NCBI GenBank assembly: GCA_950097015.1
Contig: CATNEN010000007.1
Span: 5,952,001 to 6,016,000 of the forward strand
Direction: 5' to 3'
Length of the DNA stretch: 64,000 nt
Source of the DNA: Macrostomum hystrix
Lineage: Eukaryota; Animalia; Platyhelminthes
The notes under the pieces are model-generated. The model searched no databases. It was not told the DNA's origin and saw only the letters and a program-made list of their open reading frames with translations. Positions 48,001-60,033 of this stretch are shown in pieces (positions within the stretch are counted from its first letter, which is position 1; every line of letters starts with the position of its first letter). The position numbers were made by a program, and so were the translations under genes.

Positions 48001-51000
48001 CACCTTCCATTCTATGATCCCTGGAAAAATTTCAACTGGTTTAGGATGAAGTCGCACCCCAAGTCGCTGCCTGAGCAGCAGCATGCACAGGTCGAATGCC
48101 AGGCCCTCCAGGCGCCGCTCCATCGGCTGGTCTATCCGGCCCTCCATGCCCGCTTTGAATCGCACATACGGCTCGTCCTGCAGCGGCGAGTGAGGAAGGA
48201 ATGAAGGAAGGAATATAAGGAGCTCAAGACGAACTCCGAAATGACTGCCAAATTTTTATTTCAGACTACTTTTGAGAGTGCAAGGTACATCTAACTCAAA
48301 CAAAGTGTGTGTGCATAAAAAATCTCAGGCTAGACGTGGAGAGAAGTCGTGCGACTTACGCCCTTGAGGGCCAAGATCCAAGGCACAGTTACCATGTACA
48401 CTGCCTGACGATGAGAAAGTCAGGGCAGCTGTACACACCTGTGTGAGTCTGCGTTCAGTATCTGTGTGAGTGTGTGCTGTGTGAGTGAGTGTGGAGTCAG
48501 CGAAATGAGCAGAATCGCCAGCGGGTCTAGTGTCACCGAATGATGTGCCACTGCCCGCAGCCCTCCTCGTTACGGTGGCAAGGAGCACAACAATAATGCT
48601 TTTGTTCAAAAACACTTGCCAGCACCAGCAGGACTTTCAGCGGCGCCAGTCGATAGTGCCGAAGGACGGCCTCGCGCGAGGTGTCCCGCGTCCTCGTTGG
48701 GGTCAGGCTGAACCTGCCGGCTGTTGAGAACTCGCCCACCTGTTTGTCAGGTGAAGCAGAGGGTATTCAAGATATTATTTTTGTTAGAATGTTTAGTCAA
48801 CAAGTTAATCAGCTGAAACTCGCCAGCTCCGGAGCAATCGGCAGGTTGCGGTAGATCAGCAAGCGCCAGTCCTCGCGCAGAGCCGCACCGTCTGGTAGCA
48901 GGCGGAAGGAACCCGTTAGGCCGGTGACGACGCGCTCCTCCTTGCTCTGCGAAGCAAATGGCTGCCGCCTGTACTGGACTCGCCTTATCCGATCCTTCCC
49001 ATCCTTCAATGATGTCTCCTTCGCAAATCTCAACTTCTCTAATATCTTTCAACCTCCAATCTCACACCTATGAGATATATTTCTCCCTTATCTTTCACTC
49101 CCAGCCTCGCTCGCTAATACCTCCCCAATCTTCCCTCCATCATATTCCTCACTTAAGTCCTCCCAGATTAAATCCTCTAATCTCTCCCAAACTAATCCCA
49201 TCTTCTTCCTCCCTCAATCTCCAATCCCATTAATAAATTGGATGTGACTCTCGCTACTTATAGTAGTTGGTAGAATACGCTAATAATATTAGACTTAGGC
49301 TTGACACGCACCCCGTTGCCGCAGGCGAGCTGCCTGACGAACTCCGTCCAGACGGTCAGCAGGTCGAACAGCATGGCGTGCCGGCTGCTTGGGAGCTGCT
49401 CGGCCAGCCAGCCAGGCAGCGGCCCGAACTCCAGCCCGGTGACGTTCTCCGCCTCGCTGGCAAACGGCGACTTTGGGGCACCGTCGACAGCTGCGGCGTC
49501 CTTCACAGCCAGGCCCTGCGATTGGGCGAAGGTAGAGGGGGCACCTGAGAGGGCTTTTTGTTGAGCGGCTTGGAGATGCAAGGATTCCTGGAAATCGCCT
49601 CTACAACCTGTCCTCTCTCCGCTGCCCCATCTCTCCCCTGTCCCATATCCCATATCCGCTTTCTTATCTCTCCCCTGTTCCATCTCTCCCCTGTCCCATC
49701 TCTCCCCTTTCTCATCTCTCCCCTTTCCCATCTCTCCCCTATCCCATCTCTCCCCTGTCCCATCTCTCCCCTGTCTCATCTCCCCCCTGTCTCATCTCTC
49801 CCCTGTCTCATCTTTCCCCTGTCCCATCTCTCCCCTTTCTCATCCGTCCCCTGTCCCATCTCTCCCCTTTCCCATCTCTCCCCCTTTCCCATCTCTCCCC
49901 TGTCTCATCCGTCCCCTGTCCCATCTCTCCCCTTTCCCATCTCTCCCCTTTCCCATCTCTCCCCTATCTCATACATCCCCTGTCTCATCTCTCTCCTGTC
50001 CCATCTCTCTCCTGTCTCATCCCACCCCTGTCTCGACCCAGCAGTCCACTGTTACACTGGCGGCTCTCTGATGAACGGTAAATCGGGATTCGGAGTGTGC
50101 GTCGCCTCGGGTGGTGAGGTCCTCTGGACCCACTCCCAGCACTGTGGCAAGAGCTCAAGCGTTTTCAAAAACGAAATGCTCGCCATCAGTCTCTGTGCGG
50201 CTGAACTGCGCCAGAGGCAGCTGACTGGACGGAGGATCTTTTTTCACTCCGACAGTCAAGCAGCCCTCAAGGCCCTCAGCCGCTGCACCTCTCGCTCCAG
50301 AACCACCTTGGACTGCAACACCCAGTTAAACGGGTTGGCGCAGTCTAACAAGGTGGAGCTGATATGGATCCCTGGACACGCCGGGCTCACAGGAATGAGA
50401 TGGCGGACCAGCTTGCTAAGGCTGGAGCAGCCAGCTCCCTGATGGGCCCGGGCCCGGAGTCCCCGATCCCCATCTCAGTTGTCAACTCCAGCATCAACTG
50501 CTGGATGGAGACCCAGCACCGGAGGAGGTGGTCCAGCACCCTGAACTGTCGCCAGTCCAGGGCTGCGGTGCCAACCCCCTCTAGTAACCTGCGTAAGGCC
50601 TTACTCAGGCTTAACCGCAGAGACCTAAGAGCAGTCACTATGGCTCTTTCGGGACATGGCTGCTTCACCAGACACCGTTACCTCCAAGGCCACGTGCCTG
50701 AGGAAACATGTCCTTTCTGCTGCTCCGGACGTGAAAACGCCGAGCACTTCATCTGCCATTGCCCGGCCTTCACCCGGGCTAGGCTAAAACATCTCGGGCC
50801 GGCGCCGACCCTAGTCGAAGCCTGCTCGCCCGAAAACATTCCACAACTAGCCCACTTCCTCCGGGATACCGGCCGAGCTGATTTCTTCCCAGCCTACGAG
50901 GAGGATCGCGCGGCGGGACCGACCGACGGACCACCCTGAGTGGCACCGCCTCGCTGGAGGCCGTCTGGCTGCCAGGGGTTAGCGATATGGGCGGCATCGG

Positions 51001-53903
51001 CCGCCTCCTCGCTGCGTCCGTCATGGAGGCTCCCTGCCGCTAAGTCAAGTAAGTCAAGCCCACCCCTGTCCCATCTCTCCCCTGTCTCATCCCTCCCGTC
51101 TCATCTCTCCCTTGTCTGTTCTATCCCCTCTCTGATCTCTTCCCTGCCTCATATCCCCAATCGCGAAATATGCTGGCCCTGGTTCAGAATCTTGACGATG
51201 TCTAGAATCTGCGAAGACATTTTATTAATATTGCCATTAACATTTTCCATTTTTTAGCTACTAACTTGCTTTTCGCAGTCTTTCTCATTCCCAATTGATG
51301 AGTTGTGCCCCTCTTCTTAAAACTGATTTCTTTCAGGCAAGAAGCTTCAAAGTTATTTTGGTCCAGAGTATGGTCCAGAAGCAGTTTGTCTGGCCAGTTT
51401 CAACAATCAGATCTGATTTCCGCAGCTCCAATTCTTGTAAACAAGCCGATCTTTAAAGACTTTACCTTGCGGCGTAACTAGAGCCGCTATCAGCGGAAAC
51501 CCTTGAAATGGACAAAGTGTACCAAGAAAAAAATACATAAAATGCGTTTGACAATTTATTTACAAAGCCCTGTAGCTGATGACAGGCTCCATGACGCAGG
51601 TGGGTCACTATTTGAATTGTTTGTGTTGGATTCCCCCCTCCTGGCAGATCTCAACAAAAGATCGAAGAAGCCCTTTGCGTGAGCATTATTGTCATAGACG
51701 TTTGTGATCTCCAGGTGTCAACCCAGATGTGACCCGACAGACCCGATGTCACATTCCTTTTTCCTCAACAGTTCTTAGATATTCTTCTTATGTTTCTTTG
51801 ATATTCCAAATATTTGCAATCAGTCTCGACCACCAAACAGTCATGCTAGACTAAGCTTGATCATGCTTGATCAAGAGCTGGGTCAAAATCGATCAAGAGC
51901 TGGGTCAAGCTTGATCAAGAGCTGGGTCAGTCTGGATCAAGAGCTGGGCCAAGCTTGATCAAGAGCTGGGTCAAGCTTGATCAAGAGCTGGGTGAAGCTG
52001 GATAAAGAGCTGGGTCGAGCTGGGTCGAGCTGGGTCAAGCTGAGTCAAGCTGGGTCAATCTGGGTCAAGCTGGGTCAAGCTGGGTCAAGCTGGGTCAAGC
52101 TGGGTCAAGCTGGGAATGGCTCATGGCTTACCGTATCAAAGAGCAGCCACCGCTGGTCGGGGTCCCACAGGCTGGTGTTGGCGGCCAGCCGCAGCAGCCG
52201 CAAAGTCAGCGGTCGCGGCGCCACCACCAGCAGCAGCCGACCGGGTCGCAGGGGGTGGAGCAGCTGGTCCACTATGCTAGCAGCGTTGCCACCGTCGGCG
52301 TTCAGCTGGTAGTAGACAACGCCACCTCGTCCTGCGCCATCGTCTTCGTCGGCAAAAAGCGGCATCAGATCGCGAGCCATGTACGGCGTAGCCAGGACTA
52401 CGGAGATCACGGAGGTACCGGCCGTGGCCGAGACGGTCAATGCCAGGCCGGGCGCCAGCTGCAAAAGGGGCGGCACCGGCAGTACCACCGACGAGTGCCA
52501 GCGGAGCGACGTCGGGGCCGCAGCGCGTAGCAGCCGGTGCCAGGCGCTTCGGCCCTCGCTTTCGATGCCATCTTCGAGTTCAGCGTCGGCTTCGGTATCG
52601 GCCGCGAAGAGGAAGGAGGAATTTGACAGCCGCTTGGCGTCTGCCATTTTGAAATTGGAACTGGGTTAGTTAAAAGCCACAAACCCGAACTCCGAACCCA
52701 AATAACAAACCCGAATCACAAACCCGAATCACAAATCCGAAACACAAACCCGAATAACAAACCCGAATCACAAACCCGAATCACAACCCCGAAAACACAA
52801 ACCCGAATAACAAACCCAAAAACACAAACCCAAATCACAAACCCGAAACACAAACCCGAATCACAAACCCGAAACAAAAACCCGAATTACAAACCCGAAT
52901 AACAAACCCGAATAACAAACCCGAATAACAAAACCGAATAACAAACCCGAAAACACAAGCCCGAATCACAAACCCGAAACACAAGCCCGAATCACAAACC
53001 CGAAACACAAACCCGAATCACAAACCCGAACCAAAACCACGAAACACAAACCCAAACCCGAATCACAACCCCGAAAACACAAACCCGAATCACAAACCCG
53101 AAACACAAACCCGAATCACAAACCCGAATAACAAACCCGAAAACACAAACCCGAATCACAAACCCGAATCACAAACCCGAAACACAAATCCGAATTAAAA
53201 ACCTGAATTACAAACCCGAAAACACAAACCCGAATCAAAAACCCGAAACACAAACCCGAATCACAACCCCGAAAACACAAACCCGAAACACAAACCCGAA
53301 ACACAAATCCGAATTAAAAACCCGAATCACAAACCCGAATAACAAACCCGAATAACAAACCCGAAAACACAAACCCGAATAACAAACCCGAAACACAAAC
53401 CCGAAACACAAACCCAAATTTACAAATCTGAACTTCCAATCTGAAAAACATGATAAAATTTCGAATCCGAACGTCACAGTCGGACAAAAGCCTCGGCAGG
53501 TAACTCAACGCCTGTAAAACTAGAATTCGGAATCGTCACGCGCCGAACCCCAGAAAGCCCCCCAAACTTACACAGCTCGGCCAGGTCAAATGACGTCCAT
53601 TTCGGCAGGATGAAATCCTCGAAGTTGAGTCGCAGGTTGGCCGCCGTGGAGCACTGGGCCCGCAGTCGCGACTCGAACAGGCCGCGGTAGAGCTGGCCCA
53701 GCTCGGCTGCCAGCCCAGGCTCCGGTCCGAACAGCGCTGCGAATCGAAGGGACGACCTTGAGACTCAATCTAGGTATGCAACAATTCAATATTCTCACAA
53801 TTGTATTGGCATACTCACCAAATGAGTAGTTTGTGTCAGTGTGAGCACTCGCGATCAGGCTAATCGCAATTTGCAACTGAAATAGTGCAAATTTTCCAAT
53901 CAT
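45044..53903 (-). CDS. Highly divergent ionotropic glutamate receptor-family subunit C, 10 exons, ~866 aa
   Basis: Exons 53903-53819, 53736-53572, 52640-52132, 49515-49312, 48946-48824, 48739-48620, 48177-48058, 47510-47109, 46397-45865 and 45383-45044 (2601 nt, in frame). Exon-by-exon homology to A/B: [57 protein letters not shown]-terminal ETAV. The model needs two GC donors and one weak GT donor; the 5' exons are less certain. Confidence 0.78.
46590..46925. repeat. 28-bp minisatellite (gacacctgttccctgactcattgtctct) in iGluR C intron 8
   Basis: Read directly; the flanking units are degenerate. Confidence 0.9.
47741..47987 (-). mobile_element. CORE-type SINE copy
   Basis: Reverse complement of the 44374-44646 family; B box GGTTCGATTC. 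Confidence 0.85.
48375..48566 (+). repeat. Dispersed hairpin-containing repeat family, copy in iGluR C intron 6
   Basis: Visual alignment to 33620-33820. Confidence 0.75.
49612..50032. repeat. Pyrimidine-rich 16-bp minisatellite (tctcccctgtcYcatc), same family as 26023-27480 but inverted; resumes at 51059-51140
   Basis: Read directly. Confidence 0.9.
50033..51058 (+). mobile_element. 5'-truncated non-LTR retrotransposon (RNase H plus C-terminal zinc knuckle; I/R1/LOA-like group), defective
   Basis: RNase H motifs YTGGS (normally YTDGS), SDSQAAL and WIPGHAG, a frameshift at ~50395 into NEMADQLAK, then LSGHG and [14 protein letters not shown] with a stop at 50939. 3' tail (taagtcaag)2 at 51041-51058; 12-bp TSD cccacccctgtc (50021-50032 and 51059-51070). 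Confidence 0.9.
51853..52115. repeat. 22-bp (caagagctgggtcaagcttgat) grading into 10-bp (agctgggtca) minisatellite
   Basis: Read directly; lies next to the exon 3 donor of iGluR C. Confidence 0.9.
52678..53420. repeat. 12-13-bp minisatellite (acaaacccgaaWc) in iGluR C intron 2
   Basis: Read directly. Confidence 0.93.
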
Positions 53904-55354
53904 CTTGCAAAATATAAAGTTAAGCTGCTTTTTTTTGAGTAAGTCGCGCTCTCAAATACCAGTGCTCGAGCAAGCTCGGAGAAATTTGAGCTCGCAATGT
54001 ACACTCTGGCCAGAACAATAGCCTCCGCTAAAGGCGGACAATGCTACACTGCATAGCCTGCTCATAAGGCTAATGCCAGGGTCTGAGAACTGACGCCAAG
54101 TGGTGTCGCACAAATCCATGATCTGCCTGATTGCCTGAGCAGGTGGGAGTGCTTCAACCTGCAACTGCTCGCACATCAGGGTTTTCAGTGATACGAACTT
54201 GAAAGATACCATTTTAATGCTATGGGCAGCATTGCAAGCTTTGCATTCGACCGATAACTTTTTTTTCTCAGCTCGTCGCTGCCTTTGAGTCCTCGAGAAT
54301 TGACAATTTCATTTCAGGGAATTCTAATTTCAGGACAGAATCCCGCGATCCCGCCTAGCAATTATTTCCCCACCCCTCATCAACCTATAGCTGGGCAACT
54401 TAGCTGCGTCAAATTGAGCGGGAATCGGCGGCCTGGGCCTCAGCTGCGCGAGCCGCACCGGGAAGCGTGACTTGAGAAGCTCGAGAAGTCAACGGAACCC
54501 CGTGGGAGATAATGATACGGTGGCGACCCACCCCACCCCTCTGGGTGCTGATTACAGCGCAGTTTGACTGTTAATTCGTTTGAATTAGCCATGGGAGAAG
54601 CAGGAATGAATAATAAAGAGGAGATCAGGATTTGGGATGACAAGGGAAAGGGGAAAAAGATTAAAACATCCCATTAAGCCCGGCCCGAAGGGGTGGTCGC
54701 CGCCAGCGACGGCTATTCATTACCGCCGGCTGCGGACAACAGGCCCGTGAGAAGCCCCTGTCATTAATCTCCGCTCACGGTCGATATCCCGGTGGATTAC
54801 CAGCTCCCGCCTCCCCCCGCCATCACAGAGCGATTTCAACTGAACACGCGGCGGCGCTTCCGCAGCATCTATTAATCGCAACAGCCACTGCCCGCTAAAA
54901 ACCTTCGCGACATCGAATTAGTCTGGATAATGTCACTCCTGCTCTCATTTCAAAACTGCCGATGTCACTCTTTTTCATATTTGTAGTTTTAATGCAATTT
55001 CAGTCCAACTCCAATGTCACTCGGAATGGTACATTTTCAAGCCGTATTTCTGTTGCATTCTCCCCAACCATATTCTTACTCCCATTCTCATCCCATTCCT
55101 AGTCCCACTCTCAGTCCGGTTCTCACCCAAATTCTCATCCTAATCCCACTGCCATTCTTATCCCAATCTCACTGCCATTCTCATACCAATCTCACTGCCA
55201 TTCTCATCCTAATCTTACTGGCCTTCTTATCTCAATCTCACTGCCTTTTCCATCCAAATCTTGCTGCCTTTTTTATCCCAATCGCACTCCTATTGTCACT
55301 CGCATTCTGACTCACAATCTCACTCACAATCTCACTCTTTTTTTCACTTTTTTA

Positions 55355-55712
55355 TGTCACTCATATTGTCAATCTTATTGTCACTCTTATTGTCACTCTT
55401 ATTGCCACTTTTATTGCCACTCTTATGGTCACTCTTATTGTCACTCTAATTGTCACTCTTATTGTCACTCTTATTGTCACTCTTATTGTCACTCTTATTG
55501 CCACTTTTATTGCCACTCTTATGGTCACTCTTATTGTCACTCTAATTGTCACTCTTATTGCCACTTTTATTGCCACTCTTATGGTCACTCTTATTGTCAC
55601 TCTTATGGTCACTCTTATTGTCACTCTTATTGTTACTCTTATTGTCACTCTTATTGTCACTCTTATTGTCACTCTTATTGTCACTCTTATTGTCACTCTT
55701 ATTGTCACTCGC
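55355..55712. repeat. 12-bp minisatellite (tcactcttattg) x~29
   Basis: Read directly; accounts for the VTIR/VTLI ORFs. Confidence 0.95.
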
Positions 55713-58646
55713 ATTCTTATCTTTGCTGCTTGCTCTAATTGCAGGCCTCACAAATATAATTCGAGTTTGCTGCTGTCGGCTTTCTAAGATGGCCAAACTG
55801 TGAAGTATGTTTGCAACACACAGCGTGAAATTAGAGCAGGCAGGTGGGTGCCGTTATGCCGCCAGCAGCCCACTGATCAGGTAAGAGAAATGCCTTTCAA
55901 TGCCTCTCTGCAGCAGATGGCCTTATTAGCTGGGCGATTTCACAACTTATTTTTATTAATCCTCTTAGGAGATAGGAGCCCTTAGCCCGGTGAAATCAGT
56001 TCAATCCCTTAGTGCACTTTACATCGAAAGCGTTTTAGGCGGCCAGCCTGACAGCCACCTCCCTCCTCTTCCTCTCTCCGAGGCCAGGAAAGCATTTTTT
56101 GCGGAGACACTTTCGATAGAAAGAATAAAACTGCAGTGCGGTGAGTGACGCTGATTCAATATCAGGTAAGAGCACTTCCCCCCACCCAAGCCATTCATTA
56201 CAGTCGTTTGCCACATCTGCTGGCCTAGTCTTCACTTTTTATCTTTACAGTCAACAGGTTACGCAAATTGTCCATAGCTATGATAGTTGCAACACAATCC
56301 CCATCCCTGCAGAGCATCTTGAGCCCCCCCTTGGCAACAGGAAATTGTGCCAAGCGTACGCGGCCATAGACGGCTCGGTGAGAGAATAAATTCGCGAATC
56401 TGCCGCAACTGTCCGGCTGGGAGGGGGAGTGGGGTGGGCGCGCGGCGGCAGCTGACGCGGAAAAATATCGCAGAACAAGAAGCCAGACGGCTGGACTGGA
56501 GCCTCAATCTGGTGGAGTTGAATGTCCCGCGAAGCAGATGATGATGATGATGCGGATGATGACGCCACCCCGAATCCCATTTCACTGAGATACCATTTCA
56601 ATTTCTCCCCTCCGTCCATGGGACAGGCAGGGGAAGCGCCTGTCGGGTGTAGGCTTGCATCATTATCTGGCTGGCAACAATTCGTCCGATTCTAACATGC
56701 GAGTCGATGCGATCCGTGGGACAGTGGACACAGCTGTCCTGATGCATCATTTGGCCATTAAACTAACTACCCCCCTACTTGGTCGCTTAACCGATTCATC
56801 TCCGTCCAATTCAGCTTTTTTGCTTTGTTTATTTGCCAAGTTCTGGCACTGTGTCTCATTCAGCGTCTCATTTCACATGCTATCTTTTTCGTGTTTGCCG
56901 CATCGCATGCCTTGAGTCCCGACTCAACTGTTCTCAGTCAGTCTGTTCATGAGGCATCTGGGTTGGTGGCTGCAGCAGCAGCAGCAGCAGCAGCAGCTGA
57001 CCGGAGTGCTCAGCTCAAGTGAGGCTGCAGGGTCAGGATGAAGAGGACAGGCTGAAGGGTCACTCACTCTGCCGTATGCCTTGCTCCCATCGCGGCAGCG
57101 AAATATCCCACTGGTTGAATTCGGGAAGATCTTTGGGATATCTGGGGGTGGGGCACACCTGGCTCTAGGACCATCATGACAAATGGCCTTACCAGCGGGT
57201 GAGGGATTATCCACAACAGAAATGGCAACCGCTATTAATAATTCAGTTTATTGGCGAATCCATTTCAACCCAAGTGGGATCCGCAATCCATTATCAGTGG
57301 CTAGAGCGGCTAATCTGCGAGATACGAGTAGTTGGGATGCGAGGGGCTCACAGTTCTCTCACTCTGTTTTAGAGGCTTGGGATTTACTTACAATCTGAGG
57401 GGCTCTTCATTCCTCGCGTCACACACACACTCTCTCTCTCTGTTTCTCACCATCTCCTATCTGTCTCTCTCTGTCACCGCCAAGGCTAGCAAAACAAAGT
57501 GCCAGGCAGATAGGCAGCAGCAGGGCCTGATCTAATTAAATCACCGCATGTCTCTCATTTCCAGTGTTATATCTATATTTTTCTATCTATCGAATGCGAC
57601 AGTCTTCGACCTGAATTTATGATTAACTTTTGCCGGATTTCGGCTCTCAGGTGCGACAGTTGCGGCATTCCCGCATTTGATGGACAGGTGAGATAGCGGC
57701 CTGTCAATTTCGCTGGCTGGCGGGCCATAAAATTCGCATTGTGCAGATTTTTATGTCAACTTTTTCAGTGCAAATCGATGGAATCCGTGGCACCTGTTCA
57801 GATTCGTTCGAATTCAAATTCGAGTTTTTTGTCATCTCCGACAGCCTCCCGCGCAGCAGTTTGACAGCCGGGGGCCAGCGCATGGTTCGAGTCTCAATAA
57901 ATCAAAGCTGAAACTAGTGTTAAAAGCTTTGATTCAGTTCATTCTAGCTGATGCGGAATGCATTATAGAAGGGGCACTTAATGCGAAAACAGCCGCCGCC
58001 TCACCTGTCAATTGAGGATTTGAGACTGGAGTAAGAGTGGGAGAAAAAAGAGATGGACATGGAAGAATGAATTTGTAAGGCCTGGGGAACCAGCACCTGG
58101 ACCATTTTCTTTTACCTGCCCCTCACCTCAATCCCACTACTCACATAGTGGAGCGGCTTCCCCGCGTGCGAGATGGAATATCAAAGTGTTTCGAGGATGA
58201 GTGGGGCGAGACGGAGGGGATAAAGCTGAGGGAAATCTAGCCGGGGAGGAGGCTGGATTCGCCACCTTCAAAGCTGCAGGAGAGAAGTGTGCGCGGACCC
58301 GAGTCCATTAAGGCATTCGGGCCGTTGCTTCGATCCGCGCGAAACTCGACAGCCGCTGCGGAAGACTGAAGGGGGAGCGGCGGTGGAGACCCGATTTTAT
58401 TGGGATCCGGTCGATGGCAGATCAATGCCTGCCGGGTCCATCAGGCTGCGCGTGGAGTGGGCCAGCGTAGATTTGGAGACGGATTTTACACCAACAAAAT
58501 CTATCCTGACAGCCTGACAGGAAGTTCGTTTCCTGAAGCCACTGCAACCCTTTGTGTCCTTTAGCAGTTGGTGTGCCCACCCAGTCCATGGACTGTACAG
58601 CCGTACGCAACCTTCAGGTGCGCACATGGGATCATGTAGTGCATAT

Positions 58647-58912
58647 GGGTTGAAGCCATTTGGTTAGAGCATCTGACTCACGACTTGAAGGTCGGGGGTT
58701 CGATTCCCGACTCCACTGGAACTATTTGTGTCCTTTAGCAAGACGCTTAACTCTGCGTTGCTTCAGTTCACCCCAGCTGTTTAATTTGTAGCAGCATAAG
58801 TGGGGGGAATTAGGGGTGGGTGTGGCGTCCGTCAAGTCCATGGACTGAACAGCCGTACGCAGCCTTCACATGCGCCGCACAATAGCTGCGGCTGTGCTGT
58901 CGGTTGGCCCTG
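58647..58912 (+). mobile_element. CORE-type SINE copy, preceded by a deleted partial copy at ~58550-58625
   Basis: Intact B box GGTTCGATTCC; body matches 44374-44646. Confidence 0.85.
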
Positions 58913-60033
58913 TTGGGGCTGGTTTAATAGATTATTGTTACTTTTGAAAAGCTACAGGCTTCAAAAAACCCATTTGAATTTTTTCCTGAAACTTTAAAAC
59001 TAGAAAGCAGCATTGAAGTTGTTCGAACCGATTTGCCAATTAGACCGGACCAGTTAATGAAAAGTGAACTTCGATTCCACCTCGGAACCGCGACCGCCCT
59101 CTCTGTCCTCCACCGCACAGAAAAGACTAAAATTGCTAAATTGTCATTTCCCAACATGTGGCGCGACAGGATCACTGCAGAATCCCATTCCCTGACTTCC
59201 CCCCCCAGCTCCATCTCGCTCCCCCGCCAATGGGATCAGTCCAGATGGCTGGGGTGGCGGCGTGATCAGACGGGGCGGCTATCAACCTTTTTCCTCAATC
59301 TGCGCATCCCCAGCCGAATCCTCCCATCGCCAATCCACAATTGGCATTCCGCATCGGCCGCCGCCGCCCCTCCCCGACCTCCGCCACCTCCGCCAAGTTT
59401 TTATATCGGCAAGCGGCGGCAGTCAGCCCGGATCGTACACAACTGACCCGCAGCACTGAAGCACACACCAGCTGATCCGACTTCGCCAAGAATAACTGCT
59501 AACAGGACTTCAAGGTAGGCTGTCTGTCGAGCCTGTGATAAATTTTATTCCCCAATATTCCCCGATTGCTCTCGTATCCCCACCGGCTTTGTATCCCAGC
59601 TGCGCAATAGCTAAATCGCTGCAATCATATCTAGGGGGGGTGCCTCTGGCGTTGTTATTTCACGCGATGAAGCTAGTTATTGTTTTTCTACGTTTCTGGG
59701 CCCTGTCTCTCGGCCTGCTTCTTAACAACTGACCCCCCCCAGCCATGTCCCGCGAGGATTATTCCAGCAGTCTCCGAGAATAACTCGGAATTGTTTTTTA
59801 TAGATAGATTTCTGTCAGGGGCGGCTTGATATGCAGCGGAAAGAATGAGGTGAAAATTGCTAAGAGAGTCGGATGGTGAGGGAACCGCCAAATTGTCTCC
59901 GGGGCGCACCGCAGATGACTCACCAGCTGGGCCGATCTAATCGAAATTAGGCAGCGGCCGACATTGTGAAAACAGAAAAGCCTCGGAATAAAGAAAAAGC
60001 TGCAAAAATTAACGCTTGACAACCGCCCCAGAC

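Noticed and set aside
48405-48430. CTGACGA...GAAA as a hammerhead ribozyme core
   Set aside because: There is no room for stem II, and CTGAC pairs with the downstream GTCAG in a simple hairpin.
49558-50442. 294-aa ORF as a repeat-RNase H fusion protein
   Set aside because: Chance in-frame join of a minisatellite and a truncated LINE; the first catalytic Asp is mutated and the domain is frameshifted.
55361-55803. VTIR/VTLI/LLLS repeat ORFs
   Set aside because: Translations of a 12-bp minisatellite.
58647-58720. tRNA gene
   Set aside because: It is the tRNA-derived head of a multi-copy SINE, lacks a proper acceptor stem and runs straight into the CORE-like body.
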